This document shows, one piece after another, positions 20,320 through 33,650 of a DNA stretch of 64,000 nt; position 1 is the stretch's first letter; each line of letters begins with the position of its first letter. Origin of the DNA: Balanoglossus misakiensis. Taxonomy: Eukaryota > Animalia > Hemichordata. Below the pieces are notes generated by a model that was not told where the DNA came from, searched no databases, and worked only from the letters and a program-made list of their open reading frames with translations. The translations under genes and the position numbers were made by a program. The DNA lies in assembly GCA_040954595.2 (NCBI GenBank), contig CM082589.2, forward strand, positions 9,498,894 to 9,562,893. Direction: 5' to 3'.

Positions 20320-22700
20320 TTTAATATGCACGTAATTAATGAGTAGAAACATAATGCTGTGTGTTTTATCCCATGAAATAACAAGGTTATATCTATGTTT
20401 TGGTGCAGATATATTTAAAGTAGGTCAAAGGTCATCTAGCGGTCACCCAAAATTTGGGTAGAAAATTTTGACCCGTAGTGGTCCATGTCCAACAAAAACC
20501 AGACCTCTAGCCCTTTTGGTTAGCCCGGAATTCGGTATGCACATACATAATGAATTAAGCAGGTGTCACAGGTGAGCCAACACTTTGGCTTTTCATTATG
20601 GCCCCATACCTCCAAACGCTAAGGCTGTATCTGTTTTGGATGCCGGGATATGGAAAAGTAGGTCAAAGACCCAAAATTTGGGTGACAATTTTGGCCCCAT
20701 ATTTATCCATGTCCAACTAAAAGCAAACCTCTAGCTGTAATAATTCATTCAATTACAAAAATGATGGGCATAAGGTACACTAGCTGCTTACTAAATTTGA
20801 AGTCAATCGGACTTGTAGTTACTGAGATCTGAGATCCGCATTTTTTTAGAAACCAATATGGCCACAGGTCACATTACTAATTAAATATTCAAGGGTTCAA
20901 TGCACGACTACTCGTTGTCCCCGACCACTGTAGCAAGTTTGAGAAGTGTACCTGCACAGTGGGCTGCAAACATGAAAATTATAAATGGCGGAGTTTTGAT
21001 CTGCATTTTCCCCACCTGTCTTATCATTAGCTAATCCAGAATAAAAGCTATCGCCTTTCCCATCAAGCACCTGCTAACGACTTAATCTGTGTGCCCCATC
21101 CACTGATTAAATTGATAAAGTAAATATCGGTCAGCGAGTACTGGGTATAACAAGAGGAAGGGAGGAAACTCGCTCAAGGCATGTCCGCAGTATCGTACTT
21201 TTCAAGCCATGCCTGTCAATTAAACAGTCATCATCAGTTTTGTTATGCTTAAAAATGAGTGCAGCTCGCGCTGGTCGCTTGGAAATTGCTTCGTTGTCTC
21301 AAAAAACGTGACTGGACGTTCACTTGGCGATGTCCAGAGGTCGTCCGTAAACCCGGATACCACTTTTGACCTTTGACTGTTTATATCAAGACCACATGAG
21401 CTTCAAGAATCAGGGGTAAACAAATTACCCAAGATATGCATGCAGCTGTTTTGTTTACGTTCGTTTCACTAGTTGCTGACTAAAATCAAAGTGGCAAAAT
21501 TTCCATATAGGCCTACAAAAATTGTTCTCCGAAGGCACAGATATAGATACCGGCGTCTGTTTCCGCAGAAATGGGCCTACACTCGTTGTTTTTTGAAGCA
21601 CCAATCAGTTTATTGTGTTTTTGTACGTTTTTTTTTGTTAAAAAACATCAATCTTCTATAAAATAATGATAAATAATTCTGAAACACTTGGCGCGCCGTA
21701 CTGCACCGCTGTGCCAAGTCTGATATTTGTAGGTTCAGCCGTTTCCAAGATCCTATTTGCCGAAAAAACTACACAAGAAAAAAAGAAAGAAAAGAAAACC
21801 AGTAATACCAATAGGGCCCAAGCCTGGTAGGCTTGGGCCCCTAAAAAATTCCAACGAAACCAATAGGACCCAACAGCTTGCGTGCGCTTGGGCCCTAATT
21901 AAAGATGCAAGCAGCATTGTCGGGCCCAAGCGCTGATCGGGAATAATATATGCAGAGTATGAATGAGAAGAAACAGAATGCTCTATCGGGTGTTTTATCT
22001 CATGACATAACAAGGACGTATGTGCACCGCTGTGCCAAGTCTGATATTTGTAGGTTCAGCCGTTTCCAATATCCTATTTGCCGAAAAAACTACACAAGAA
22101 AAAAAGAAAGAAAAGAAAACCAGTAATACCAATAGGGCCCAAGCCTGGTAGGCTTGGGCCCCTAAAAAATTCCAACGAAACCAATAGGACCCAACAGCTT
22201 GCGTGCGCTTGGGCCCTAATTAAAGATGCAAGCAGCATTGTCGGGCCCAAGCGCTGATCGGGAATAATATATGCAGAGTATAAATGAGAAGAAACAGAAT
22301 GCTCTATCGGGTGTTTTATCTCATGACATAACAAGGACGTATGTATTTTTTGCTGCTTAAATAGAGTAAAGTAGGTCAAAGGTCACCTGAGGTCACCCTA
22401 ATTTCGGGAATTTTTTTTTACCCATACTGGTCCATGTCCAACAAAAAGCAAAACTCTAGCTCTATTGGTTCGCCTGTATTTAGGTATGTGCATATTTAAT
22501 GAGGTCAGCAGAGGTCAAAGGGGCCATGAAAAGTAGCAAAATATTTTGATCACACACTAATCCACATGCATCAAAAACCAAACGGGCCCAAGAGCTTGGG
22601 CCCTAAAGAATGAAAAAAGAAAGAAAGAATGAAAAACCCCAACGAAACCAATAGGGCCCAAGCACTCGGCCCCTAAAAAATTGTGTGCGCTTGGGCCCTA
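20320..22700 (-). mobile_element. Cluster of Helentron-like (HINE-type) non-autonomous repeats
   Basis: Recurrent terminal hairpins GGGCCCAAGC...GCTTGGGCCC, TAGGGCCC/TT junctions and GGTCAAAGGTCA modules; ~20,320-20,520 is a diverged copy of ~22,265-22,480. Confidence 0.55.
21702..22343 (+). repeat. 321-bp tandem duplication (2 copies)
   Basis: 21,702-22,022 and 22,023-22,343 are near identical; ORFs at 21,753 and 22,074 are offset by 321. Confidence 0.95.
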
Positions 22701-23291
22701 CAGACAGAAAAATTCCATCGAAACTAATAAATGAAGTGTTTTCGGTTCCCTTAATGGGTACTAAGATCTGTTGCGTTTAAAAAAAAAACAAGTTTGCCAG
22801 AAATGTCAAGGTTGGCTTAATTAATTCATTTCTGCTGTTTCCTAGCAACCTTCAGTATTGTATTGATGTCCCATGCCAATGTGGGGTTCATAGCGGGCTA
22901 GACCCAAACTTACGTAAATAAAGAAATATGTGTCGGGTGCATCACGCCCGTCATTTTAACCTGTTAGAGTACTACGTATGGTTGAAATTTTCAAGATATT
23001 AGAACCTGTTGGCCAGATGAGTGTGCATAAACACGTATAGGATGTTGGATATATACTAGAATAAAATCATACTTGATTGAAATACCTATGGACATGTTAT
23101 AAATATGTTATCTGCAACAATGAAGTGTTTCTGGTCGGAAACAACAATAGATACTACACAATAAATCATAATGTAAGTCAACACTTACAACAATTCAATT
23201 GAAATGAAAATTACAAACTTTTCACGTAAAATGTTCAACATTGGAATATAGCTTGTGCTAATTTTAATTAAAATGAATTTGTCAATTTCAG

Positions 23292-23390
23292 CCTGAATCC
23301 ACAGCATTGCATGTAGCAGCCTTCAATAATAAACTGGAAGCGGCACAAGCATTGATAAACCACGGAGCTGACGTCAATGCTAAAGATGAG
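23292..23390 (+). CDS. Ankyrin-repeat exon (PESTALHVAAFNNKLEAAQALINHGADVNAKDE)
   Basis: TTTCAG| acceptor, GAG|GTTTGT donor, exactly 99 bp, phase 0-0; strong ankyrin consensus TALH.AA......A..LI.HGADVNAKD. Confidence 0.9.
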
Positions 23391-25925
23391 GTTTGTAACT
23401 TTACATGCTCAGTCACCAATGGCCAAAATAACTGACTGGTAATACTGTACTGATATTTGTAGTATTGATGGTCTTTTAGATGTCACCTGTGTAACTTCTG
23501 TCACGGCAACAGACCGGTACAGGTTTATGCAGAGTATCAAAACGTTTGACGGAGACTATTTGGTCCGTTGCTACCTGCAGTGAAAAAGAATTCATCTATT
23601 TTGAGAGCAACGAATTCGCTTTTTGACTTTTTTGAATAGCAAACCACCATAAGCAATATTTTATCAACGTCGAGTCAATTGAGAGGTTAGGATCAGAGTG
23701 TTGATCTAATACCGGAAAGTTGCGGACCTAACCATGAGTTATTGCTACAAGACCGGTGACGCCTGTATTGTATTTGTATTTAAACTGCAGTGTGTTAGCA
23801 GTCACTAACAACGACGAAGCAAAAGAAAGCGCAACAAATAAATAACTGTAACATGTGGGGTGCCCCGTATCCTGCACAACAGGCCGGGAGGCGGGGTTAC
23901 TCCTCTACAAAGGTGCACGGGTATGTGCCATCCAGATGATTTTTTCCACGGAAAATAAATCCCGAAATTTCAAAAATAATCACGTGCGATAGAATAATGG
24001 CAAATAGCCATTTTTATGCTCTGGGTTGGACAGGCAGTTTCTGTAAAAATGGGTCTGCTTGGACAAAACACATGAACTCTGGAAAATAGGTCTCAAATGG
24101 TTAAAACACTTTCCTTTCATGTTAAGGTAAAGACGGTCATAAACGTCTTCCTAGCTGTCCAGTAAAATAGCATACTATTTTAAAACCATTTAGACCCTGT
24201 TCGTTATTCGATTTTCAAAAATTTAATTACGAACTTCCTTATCAAAACAACTCCATTTGGCAAACATCTCAGAATATGTTTGCTTTCTAGTAGTTTGCTC
24301 TTTGGTCTTGAAAATTGACAGGAACTCTCATTGGCTTCGACAGCTTTCCGATGTTCTGACTTGTATTCTAAGCTTGGCCCGGGCATTTAATTTATGAAAT
24401 ACCTTTAATAGGGGGAGGGTGTGGGAAAACATGCGGATTTTGATGACGGTATCTCTATTATTAGCTCAGTGATAACCTGTGCCGTCTTGATTTGGACTAC
24501 AGCTGGGCATTGCATGTGTTATTTTGTGAACGAGAGCAGCGGCGAGTTTCTTCAGTGTTACTAGGAATGAGCGGCGGCCATATTTCCCACAAATCAATTG
24601 CAGAATATTGAGAACTGGTAGACTGTTACACGTTAAACGCCTGGAGTTGACAAAATCCCTGGCATATTTCAGCCAACCAATAAACCGATTTGCATCTTCA
24701 AAAATGAAAATTGAAAAAAGCTAAATGTCAAATTTCAAATTTAGGCCAATTTTTAATTACAATTCCTTCGTTTGAGATTGATATATGGGAAATTGGTGTA
24801 TACTGCTCTGATGATGGCACTTTGCGGCCATTCAAATTTCCCTCTGACAAACGCCAGTTTCAACAATTGACGATTTCCTTTCCACCAGTCAATCTTATTA
24901 CCCTAACGAAAGAAGGAAGCTGTAGTATCAATTTTGTGTCTGGGAATGCATGAAGTTGTGACACTTAGTTTCGCCGGCAATTTCTTACTATGGATTCATG
25001 TGTAACAAAAATCCCCTGCGGACGAAACCATCATTTCTAGAAAGGGTAGAGGAGGGTGAACATGCGTACTTGAATAATAGAGCATTCATACCATTTAGAC
25101 AAAACCCATTAACCTTACCATAACTCTAACCTCAACTTGAACCATTACCCACCCCTCGTCCTTATCTTTGTCACTGTTTTATTTCACAATATGCGTGATC
25201 GGCCCCTCTTTGTTCAAGTAAACATGGTCACCCGCCAATTTCACGGACATTCCCTCAAAAGTAATGGTTTCATCAATGATATCTTGAACGAGCTAAAGAT
25301 TGTGTGTTTTACGTTCAATGTCGCAAACTTGTGACAGCTATCTGCCATAGTCTACGAAGAAATATCCTGTGATCACTGTGGCAGAAATAGTCAGGTGGAG
25401 ATTTGAGAAATTGTGACCCCCTCTGGCATTTTTTGGTACAAGCAAACCAAATATGTTTTTTGGTCAATTCGACTACGCTGATTTCAAAAATGCCTGTTCC
25501 CAAAAGATCTTTTTGAGATAAGAGCCTCGTTTTGGCAAATCAAATATGGCCGCCAAGGATCGCAATTCTCACATGAATAGCATCAAAGAAATGTTCACGT
25601 ACCTCCTTAAACAATGAAAATAAACTACATGTTTACAACAACAACTTTTTTGGTTCTATAAACACAAACTAGCAACAATAAAACAATAATTATGCAAAAA
25701 TTTGCATATTGTATGAATAATTCGTTGATTTTTGGCTAACAAATAATATTAAAGCTAGGTGTAACAGTACATGTACTAAAAACTCACAATCATTGGAAAA
25801 AAAATTACCTTTTCTTTATTTTAATAAAGGACTTAAACCTTGTTCAAAACAACACTTCAAGTGTGAAGTTCATTTTGAGATAAGAGCCTCGATGTGGCAA
25901 TTCAATATGGCCGTCTAAAGCCCTG

Positions 25926-28141
25926 TAGTGGAGCGGCCAAACCCTAATTTTCATAGCGATTGTGCATTTTGTGATAAAAGCACCAAACTTGGCTCAGATG
26001 TGTGTTAATGTGTACTAAAAAAATTCAGATAGGGAGCCACTAAATATCTGTTGAGGAGTTTCCATGGCAACCAATTTTTCAAAATGGCCACCAATACAGA
26101 TAATTTCACCCACCAAATAACATCTGTAAACACCAAATTAAATTTAGATTACTATATTTGATACAAGGAACTGTGGAAAGAATAATTTGCAAAGATATTA
26201 TGGTTACTAAACTACTTATAGGGGTAAGTAAGTTATCAAAACACAATTTAAAGGCACAACTTTTAATCCCTTTCGGATTAATAGGTGCTCCTCTATAAGT
26301 CAAACCATACTGTCTATGGTCAAACATTAGGCTAATTGCGATATTTAACTTGCAGTACGTAAATTACACATATGAATCACAACAGTTTACCACCTTAGCT
26401 AATGATAATCATATAAACAGATCACCGATATATTCGAATTGCACACGGATGTGGGCTTGGCTTACTCGTGACTGGTAAAATTTCCTTATCAACTTGATAG
26501 GAGAGTCCACTGCCCGAAATAGACGTTGATCCAAACTGAGTCCGCGGTCGTCACGTTTATTGGTCGACAGACATAGGGCCTCAAACGCAATGCAATCTAA
26601 ATTGACCCCGGGTAACGAACCACGCGGCTTTGTTTCGACCACAATCGCCACCGCAGCGTTGACAACGTTTTTTCGGGGCGTTGATGTTTGTCAAAATGCC
26701 ATAGGAAATTAAAGAAACTTAAGTCAAATTGCTGAAACGTTAATAATCGACCATATGTCTTGATACTTTAGATCATGTATCAGTTCCACTCCAGCAATTT
26801 TGGCGACTGTTAACAGAGTTGACCAAAAGATAAATGGTGTCTATGATTCCAAACTCATAAAAATTACACCGGAGGACACAACATTATTTTATTTGTCGAG
26901 AATAGTGTCCATCATGCCATAAATATTGTCAAAAATGTGTGTTAATTATAGAAACCCAACTAAATATACAAGCAGTTGGCCTTTAGATTGGTAAATGGAA
27001 AAACAGGTCTTATTGCAATTTTCTGGGATTAGGTGCCCCAAGGCTCCCAACAAGTCACTTGGAATGTACTTCCATTCTAATATCTCAATGTGTAAAGATC
27101 TGACTTTGCAAGAGATATTACGGAAAACTTCATTTCATTTAATAGCATGAAGTAAGCGAAATCTTACTCTTTACAGAAAAGCTGTGATCCTGAAGACTTT
27201 TGGTGTTTTGAAGCTTATTTTCACTTTATCATTTTATTCTTTGATTTTGGGGGTTCAAAAATACACAAAATAACATGTCAAAATAGAACTGCTGACTATC
27301 ATCAAGGTGCGATTAAAATTATCGATAACATGAGCAATACAAAGCACTTCAAGCGACTTCATCAAAACGCTTTCCGAAGGACAAGTATTGGATGAAAAGT
27401 TTGAAACAGATTTTGATTTTGATTCCTAACATCTATCTATGTACATGCACCCTAGACATAGTTTGTTTCTATAGTAACTTTAACAAACCAATCGACTGTC
27501 ATGATACTTGCTTTCTGCCACCATTTTATGGGGAAGTGATTCTTTATTTGCATGAATCATTTGATGAAGATAAAATAGAAAAGCTGGATTCTGCACTGAT
27601 TGAAACTGGTCAGATCAATTTATAAGGTTGAGAAACAAGATGCCGTTTTTTCCTGGGTTGACTAAATTTGGAATTTTGTTCATCAAAGATATTTTTATGG
27701 GGAAAATAACGAATCAACTGAGCTTTACTTGTTAAACTTTTATCACAAAATGCCCAAATGTTACGAAAATTGTGTTTATGCCAGGCCACTATTATAATAT
27801 ATATATGGTTATACAGTGTTTTAACTAAGTTTGTTGTAACCGGGGTTATTACCAAACTTGAATTTCTTTAGCGACTGAATCTTGATCCTGTATTTACCCC
27901 TATAACTAGTTTAGTGATGATATATATTTTGAAAATTACTCTTTGAGCAGTTTCTTGTTTCAAATATTGTAATATGAATTTATTGTGGTGTTTTATAATT
28001 GTTATTTTGTGGGTGAGATTATCTGTATTGGTGGCCATTTTGAAAAAATGAAAAAATGGCTGCCATGGAAACTCATCAACAGATATTGTGGCTCGCTATC
28101 TGAATTTGTTTAGTACACATTAACGCACATCTGAGCCAAGT
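25926..28141. mobile_element. Inner TIR element with ~140-bp inverted repeats; right end truncated
   Basis: ~25,988-26,123 is the approximate reverse complement of ~28,000-28,141. The left end TAGTGGAGCGG...AAAAGCACCAAACTTGG resembles the terminus at 38,422. Confidence 0.6.
26970..27850 (+). pseudogene. Highly decayed Tx1/L1-like LINE ORF2 fragment
   Basis: Manual translation: *SKRNLTLYRKAVILKTFGVLKLIFTL, FWGSKIHKI, DYHQGAIKIID, parallel to the LINE at ~36,300-36,560. Confidence 0.6.
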
Positions 28142-28958
28142 ACGACACCCAAGTGGATTAAACATACATGTATATATGTTGCCTCACTGACACAATCTTC
28201 ACTTTGCACACAGTATCATATATAAAAACGTAATAAAAATACACATTACTCTTTACTTATGAAGAGAAATTGTTGTTAGAGACCGGGTTTCAATAAAACA
28301 CCGAGGACGTCGGGCCATCAGTGACAGTGTGCATTCAACGTCTTATAACTAAGCATGAATATACGGTGCTGGCATAATGTGAGTGTGGCCATACGATGCT
28401 TTCGCTATTAATGAACAACTTGTACGTTAACAAATGCCAGTTTTGTTGGCAAAAAGTATGTTTTTGGCTTTTCACAACATTGAACATACATTCATAGTTC
28501 AATAACTTGTGAGTTGTGGACCTAAACGTTCATACGTTCAATGTTCTGGTGTTTTTTTAACGGAGCGATCGGTCACGATGTTACCAACGAGCATGTACAG
28601 TCTAAACTAAATCCTCGTTGTGTATGTTTCTTTGTTTGTTTTTTGTTGTTTTTTACATGCTATTACATACAAATATGAAAAGTTTCATTTCAGTTATTCA
28701 TTAAAATGCAAACATTTGCCAAAAAACATGTGAATAGACACCTCACAGGCCATAGTCGTATCATTAGCTTTCAATTGTCAATTTTAGCATGACATCGTGA
28801 GTAATTGAGCTAATTTTGCATATTTTCCATGCTGCACCTTGTCTGACAAGGTAATCGATTGCATATTTGAATTCCTTGACCCTGAAAACATTGCAATAGA
28901 CACCTCATTAACACTGTTGGCTCTCTTTTGTAGACCATTGATTTTAGATGGGCGTGTC

Positions 28959-29666
28959 ACCTAATTAACATAAATTAGCATTTTTACCAATTCACCAAAC
29001 GTTTCTAAATTTAAAAAAATGCTTAAAATATTTAAATGAATATAAGAATATGATTTCAATAGACTATTATGGTGTTGACCTGTGATATTGCACCATAATG
29101 GCTACAAACAGCGTTTTCTTTTAGGTATTTTGAAATTATGACGTCACAAATTAATTTGCCATTTTCGACATGAAAACGTGAAAAGAATTTTTGGGAACAG
29201 GCAAATTCGAAATCAGCGTATTCGAAATATCCAAAAACAACTTGTTCCCAGCTTGTACCATAAAAATGAATGACATGCTTTTAAAATGCTCATTTTCTGA
29301 AATTTCCACCTGGACCTAATTAACATAAATTAGCATTTTACCAATTCACAAAATGTTTCTAAATTAAAAAAATTGTTTAAAAATATTTAAATGAATATAA
29401 GAATATGATTTCAATAGACTATTATGGTGTTGACCTGTGATATTGCGCCATAATGGCTACAAACAGCGTTTTCTTTTAGGTATTTTGAAATTATGACGTC
29501 ACAAATTAATTTGCCATTTTCGACATGAAAACGTGAAAAGAATTTTTGGGAACAGGCAACTTCGAAATCAGCGTATTCGAAATATCCAAAAACAACTTGT
29601 TCCCAGCTTGTACCAAAAAATGCCTGACATGCTTTTAAAATGCTCATTTTCTGAAATTTCCACCTG
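28959..29666 (+). repeat. ~355-bp tandem duplication (2 copies) of the right TIR region
   Basis: 28,959-29,312 and 29,314-29,666 are highly similar; both end in AATTTCCACCTG. Confidence 0.93.
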
Positions 29667-29670
29667 ACTA

Positions 29671-29813
29671 AACGTTCGACCACACACACCTTTCATCCCA
29701 CATGCAGACACGAGAGTGAAAAACTCGCCAAAATGAATAATCGGTCTCTACCGTTTATTCATTTGGGCGAGATTTTGACTCTCATATCCTACAAACATGT
29801 GTGGTCGAACGTT
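29671..29813. repeat. Short hairpin (palindromic) element
   Basis: AACGTTCGACCACACA...TGTGTGGTCGAACGTT outer arms; GAGAGTGAAAAACTCGCCAAAATGAATAA / TTATTCATTTGGGCGAGATTTTGACTCTC inner arms. Confidence 0.85.
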
Positions 29814-30665
29814 GATTCACTATATATACACAGGGTGTGTTGAATCAAACATAATCAATGGAAAGGGGGCAGCGAGAGAGAGACTTTGTCCCTTTAAGGA
29901 AAAAATTAATTAATTAGGCCTATGTAATCATCATAAGGCAGTATGTGCCTCTGGACAGACTTGACAAAATGATAATGCTCCAAACCTTTCTATTCTTTTG
30001 TGAGGAGAGATTTGTTATCAAATAATAATATTCACATCTTGTTATCATAGAAATCATGAAAGCACTTTTTGATTCAAAAAGTATAATTTGATGTAGCCCT
30101 AGAATGTATCTTCTGCCAATTCTTTACTATTAAACACGTGATCTGGCCATGTAACCCACGGCGTTGTCATTTTCAGATATTTCGGCAAAAGTTTTTCGGA
30201 GTATGTTTTTACTTTATAACCGCCAAATACACAACATGTATCAGGTATGGGGCCTCATCAACCTCATTGCATTTCGTCTGCACAGTATTTGTCTGCACCA
30301 CGTTGCTGAAGTTGCCCGTCATCTGGAAATTTGAATGCCAACGTAACTGCCGTCTGAGCACGTCTGACATCATTTGATATCGAAGAATCTCTTTCCCTTT
30401 TTGTGCAAAATCACATGAGTCTGAGAAGGCGAAATGTTTATTCCCCTGAATAACTGAACCCATTGCTAACACATAATACTAAATCGGTTCGACTTAACTT
30501 TCCCTTTAAGGCGTTCAAAATAACGCACAACGTATCAAAAACATGCAAAGTAATACACATGATATACAGCACCATCTTAACTCATTTTTGATGTTTGAAA
30601 TAATTTGCACAATTTCTACCCTCCTTATTCACAGATATCAACGGGCTGCCTGCGGATTCAAGGTT

Positions 30666-30960
30666 GTTAGGTCCCATTGGTATAGGCATATATACCATGG
30701 GACCTTATGGGATCGGTTGCGTCTGCATGTATTTATGTATGTATGTATGTATGTATGGATGTATGTCTGTATGTCCGTCCACATCAAAAACTTGAAAACC
30801 ACTGCGTGTATCACCTTGATATTTGGTGTGCCAGATGCAGGCTGGGCTGTAGATGGGAGTTTGTTCAAATGAAATTGTCATTGCCCAAAATATGCAAATT
30901 AGATGGAAAATGTGAATTTGGTCATAACTCAGTAACCCAAGAACTACTGGTCAGATTGCT
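30666..30960 (+). mobile_element. HINE/DINE-1-like element fragment with (TATG)n microsatellite
   Basis: TTAGGTCCCATTGGTATA...TATACCATGGGACCT hairpin followed by (TATG)n and GTCCGTCC, the usual Helentron-derivative layout. Confidence 0.55.
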
Positions 30961-31134
30961 TTGCGAAGTGGTGTGTATTTACTTTATTTTGTTGTTTATA
31001 TACACAGCAAATTCCTGAATGATTACATAACTGGCTAAGTTTTAAAGAGGCCAGCTGTTCTATTTAGTGTATGTACAGTACATATGCCATTGGCAGCTTA
31101 TGGGTCAGTCAGTGCTCGCCCATTGATCTCTTGC

Positions 31135-31221
31135 TGTGTGTGTATGTGTGTGTATGTGTGTGTGTGTGTGTGCGTGAGTGTGTTTGTTTGTGTGTGTGTG
31201 TGTGTCTGTCTGTCTGTCTGT
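31135..31221. repeat. (TG)n / (TCTG)n microsatellite
   Basis: Directly visible. Confidence 0.95.
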
Positions 31222-31984
31222 ATATGGCCATATACTCCGGTGTAGACTTTTTCTTGTGTATTCCCTCAATGGGACCACTGTGTCCTTGACGCGATTTTTT
31301 GTTCAACGAATGAAATGAGGAAGTGACGCAATTTCCGGTTGATAGCCAGCATTGTGTCTATTATAGTGAAAGTCAGATCTCATAAAAGGGAACTTATCAA
31401 ACAAGGGTAATACATACAATGAAAATAACGCTGCATCAACAAATACCTAAAGTGAGGTCCGCATTTTACGGGAGATGTTGCCATTAAAATTGAAATTCGA
31501 GTAATGGAGATATCATCGCTTTATATATGTCTTTTAGATTACTGTACTTCATTCAGCTATGTTTAACTGCCCAGTTGATGGCAAATACCATTTTGGATAT
31601 ATATTTTTTTCTTTGTGAAATAAATATCGATGAACAAACCTTTAACATGAAAAGAATTGCCCTACCCATGGATTCGGGTTGAATTTGCCCATATAACGAT
31701 ATAAGGTTTCATAGAAAAGGTCCGATGGTAAACAACATGTTTGAATGAACCGCCCATACTACACGAAAAACTGTAACGTCACAATCACGTGATCTTTTGT
31801 TTACTCTAACAACAACTAACTGCGCAAGTAACGTCACATTGTATGGGTACGTACCCATAAAATGTATTATTTCATTTTTTACATACTGAACCATGACAAC
31901 TGACCAAGTCACTCACGAGTTGTTTTATTTTGGCAAGTAAAGTATTAAACAAGTTTATTGTTCAGCTCAAAAATATACATGTCA

Positions 31985-32725
31985 AGTTTGCAGCTGCCTA
32001 TGGATTTGAACATGTCACATCAAGTCCAAGATACCCCAAATCTAATGGCATGGCAGAAAATGCAGTCAAAAGTGCAAATTTATCGCTTATGAAGAAAGCC
32101 AAGCGAAATAACAAGGATCCATATTTAGCTCTGCTGGATCATAGAAACATACCACGTGACAGTCAGTTGGGATCACCTGGGCAGAGACTCATGGGTAGGA
32201 GAACCAAAAACACTCTTTCCAACCAGCGAGATTTTGCTGAAGCCCAAACAAGTTGAGAATGTAAAGCCAAGCCTAGAAACATTGAAACAAAGACAGAAAT
32301 AATATCATGACCAGCATGCCAAACATCTGCCCAGTTTATCAAACGATGAGTTTGTGAGGATGAAGACACCCAAAGGATGGAAACCAGCAGTTGTACAGTC
32401 CAGAGCAAATACACCACGATCATATATTGTCGAGTCAGATGGACACATGTACCGTAGAAACCGCCGTGACCAGGAAAACAAAAGAAATGCCAGTTGTTCC
32501 AGATGTCGCTGATGACCACCTGCTTGTAAAGCATTGTCAACCACCTGCTGTTGAAGAAACTACGCCAGATGTAAAACCTCTCAAAGAGATGACGGTAACC
32601 AATCCTAACTCGGTTTGTAGCAGTATGACGCAAGCAGATGCCACAGGCAACCAGTCAGTGAAAACCACTTCCAGAGGACGCGTTGTGAGAAGACCAGTAA
32701 GATTCCAGGACTATGTAGACACTCA
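31985..32725 (+). pseudogene. Ty3/Gypsy integrase C-terminal remnant
   Basis: FAAAYGFEHVTSSPRYPKSNGMAENAVK, DPYLALLDHRNIP, SPGQRLMGRRT and terminal TTSRGRVVRRPVRFQDYV; frameshifted; no LTR follows. Confidence 0.88.
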
Positions 32726-32929
32726 ATGTGGAAAGAACTGATTTCGGAGTTTGTTGAAAGAAATACACGAACATCGCGAACATCGCACACATACACATGC
32801 ACATACTACTTCTCCAGCGACGATGCAGACAGCAGACATGGCGACGGGAAGAAACAGGTAGAGAAACGGAACGCTCCGCGCACGAGGACGAGGAACAGGC
32901 TTCTCCAGCCATCGACTACCGCCAGGACA

Positions 32930-33650
32930 AAAGGTAAAAGAATAAAAAGTGGCGCCAAGAGGAAACCAACAGACAGGGTTCTCATGTACATACCATGGCC
33001 ACACAAATAAATCCGAGACCCCAACCCGCACAAACCAGAGGCAATTACTTATGATGAATTGACTTTACCACAGCTGGTATCGGGTGAACTGAATCTATCT
33101 ATATATCTACCTTACTGGCCAACTTCAACATATTGAAGGCTTTGCCAGTGAGTGCACCCTATAGTACAGGACATCAAAAATGTCAGTTTTCTGGTTTGGT
33201 GAAGTGTAGTGCCAAAGAAGATTTGAAGGATTCATGTGACATCATATTAGGGATGAGTTTAGATAATGCTTCCACTGTCAATCGTTTAGCAAACTTGCAA
33301 AACATTGTCACTGACGCTCAGTTGTATTCTTGGGAGAGGGTCCGTAAATACCACTCAATAATTATTTTACAATACCTTGAGCAGGGGTTGTTGGTGTGGG
33401 GCGACGATTTTGACAACCTGCATACCAGATTCGTCAGAAACCCTCCCCAAATTAGTGTGGATCAACCAGTTAAGCCTAGCGCTAAGAAAAACCGTCACTC
33501 TCGCTATTGCTCTGCCTTTCAAGATCACAAATGTAGCCAAATCTCTGATCATGTAGTGGAGGGCAAATTGGAAAAGCATGTCTGCTCCGCCTGTTTGCGC
33601 TTTAGGCATTAGGAAACACGGCATGCTTCCACAGATTGCCCCTTTAACGA
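32930..33650 (+). pseudogene. gag: gag remnant
   Basis: IKSGAKRKPTDRVL..IPWPH, YDELTLPQLVSGEL, DAQLYSWERVRKYH...LEQGLLVWGDD, YCSAFQDHKC...HVCSAC; stops and frameshifts. Confidence 0.7.

Larger units (their letters stand above)
25388..29670. mobile_element. Composite non-autonomous TIR element with TAG...CTA ends (Academ-like), containing nested insertions
   Basis: TAGTCAGGTGGA...TTTTTTGGTACAAGC...TACGCTGATTTC...GCCTGTTCCCAAAA (25,388-25,505) is a diverged reverse complement of ~29,545-29,670 ending TCCACCTGACTA. No exact TSD. Confidence 0.5.
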
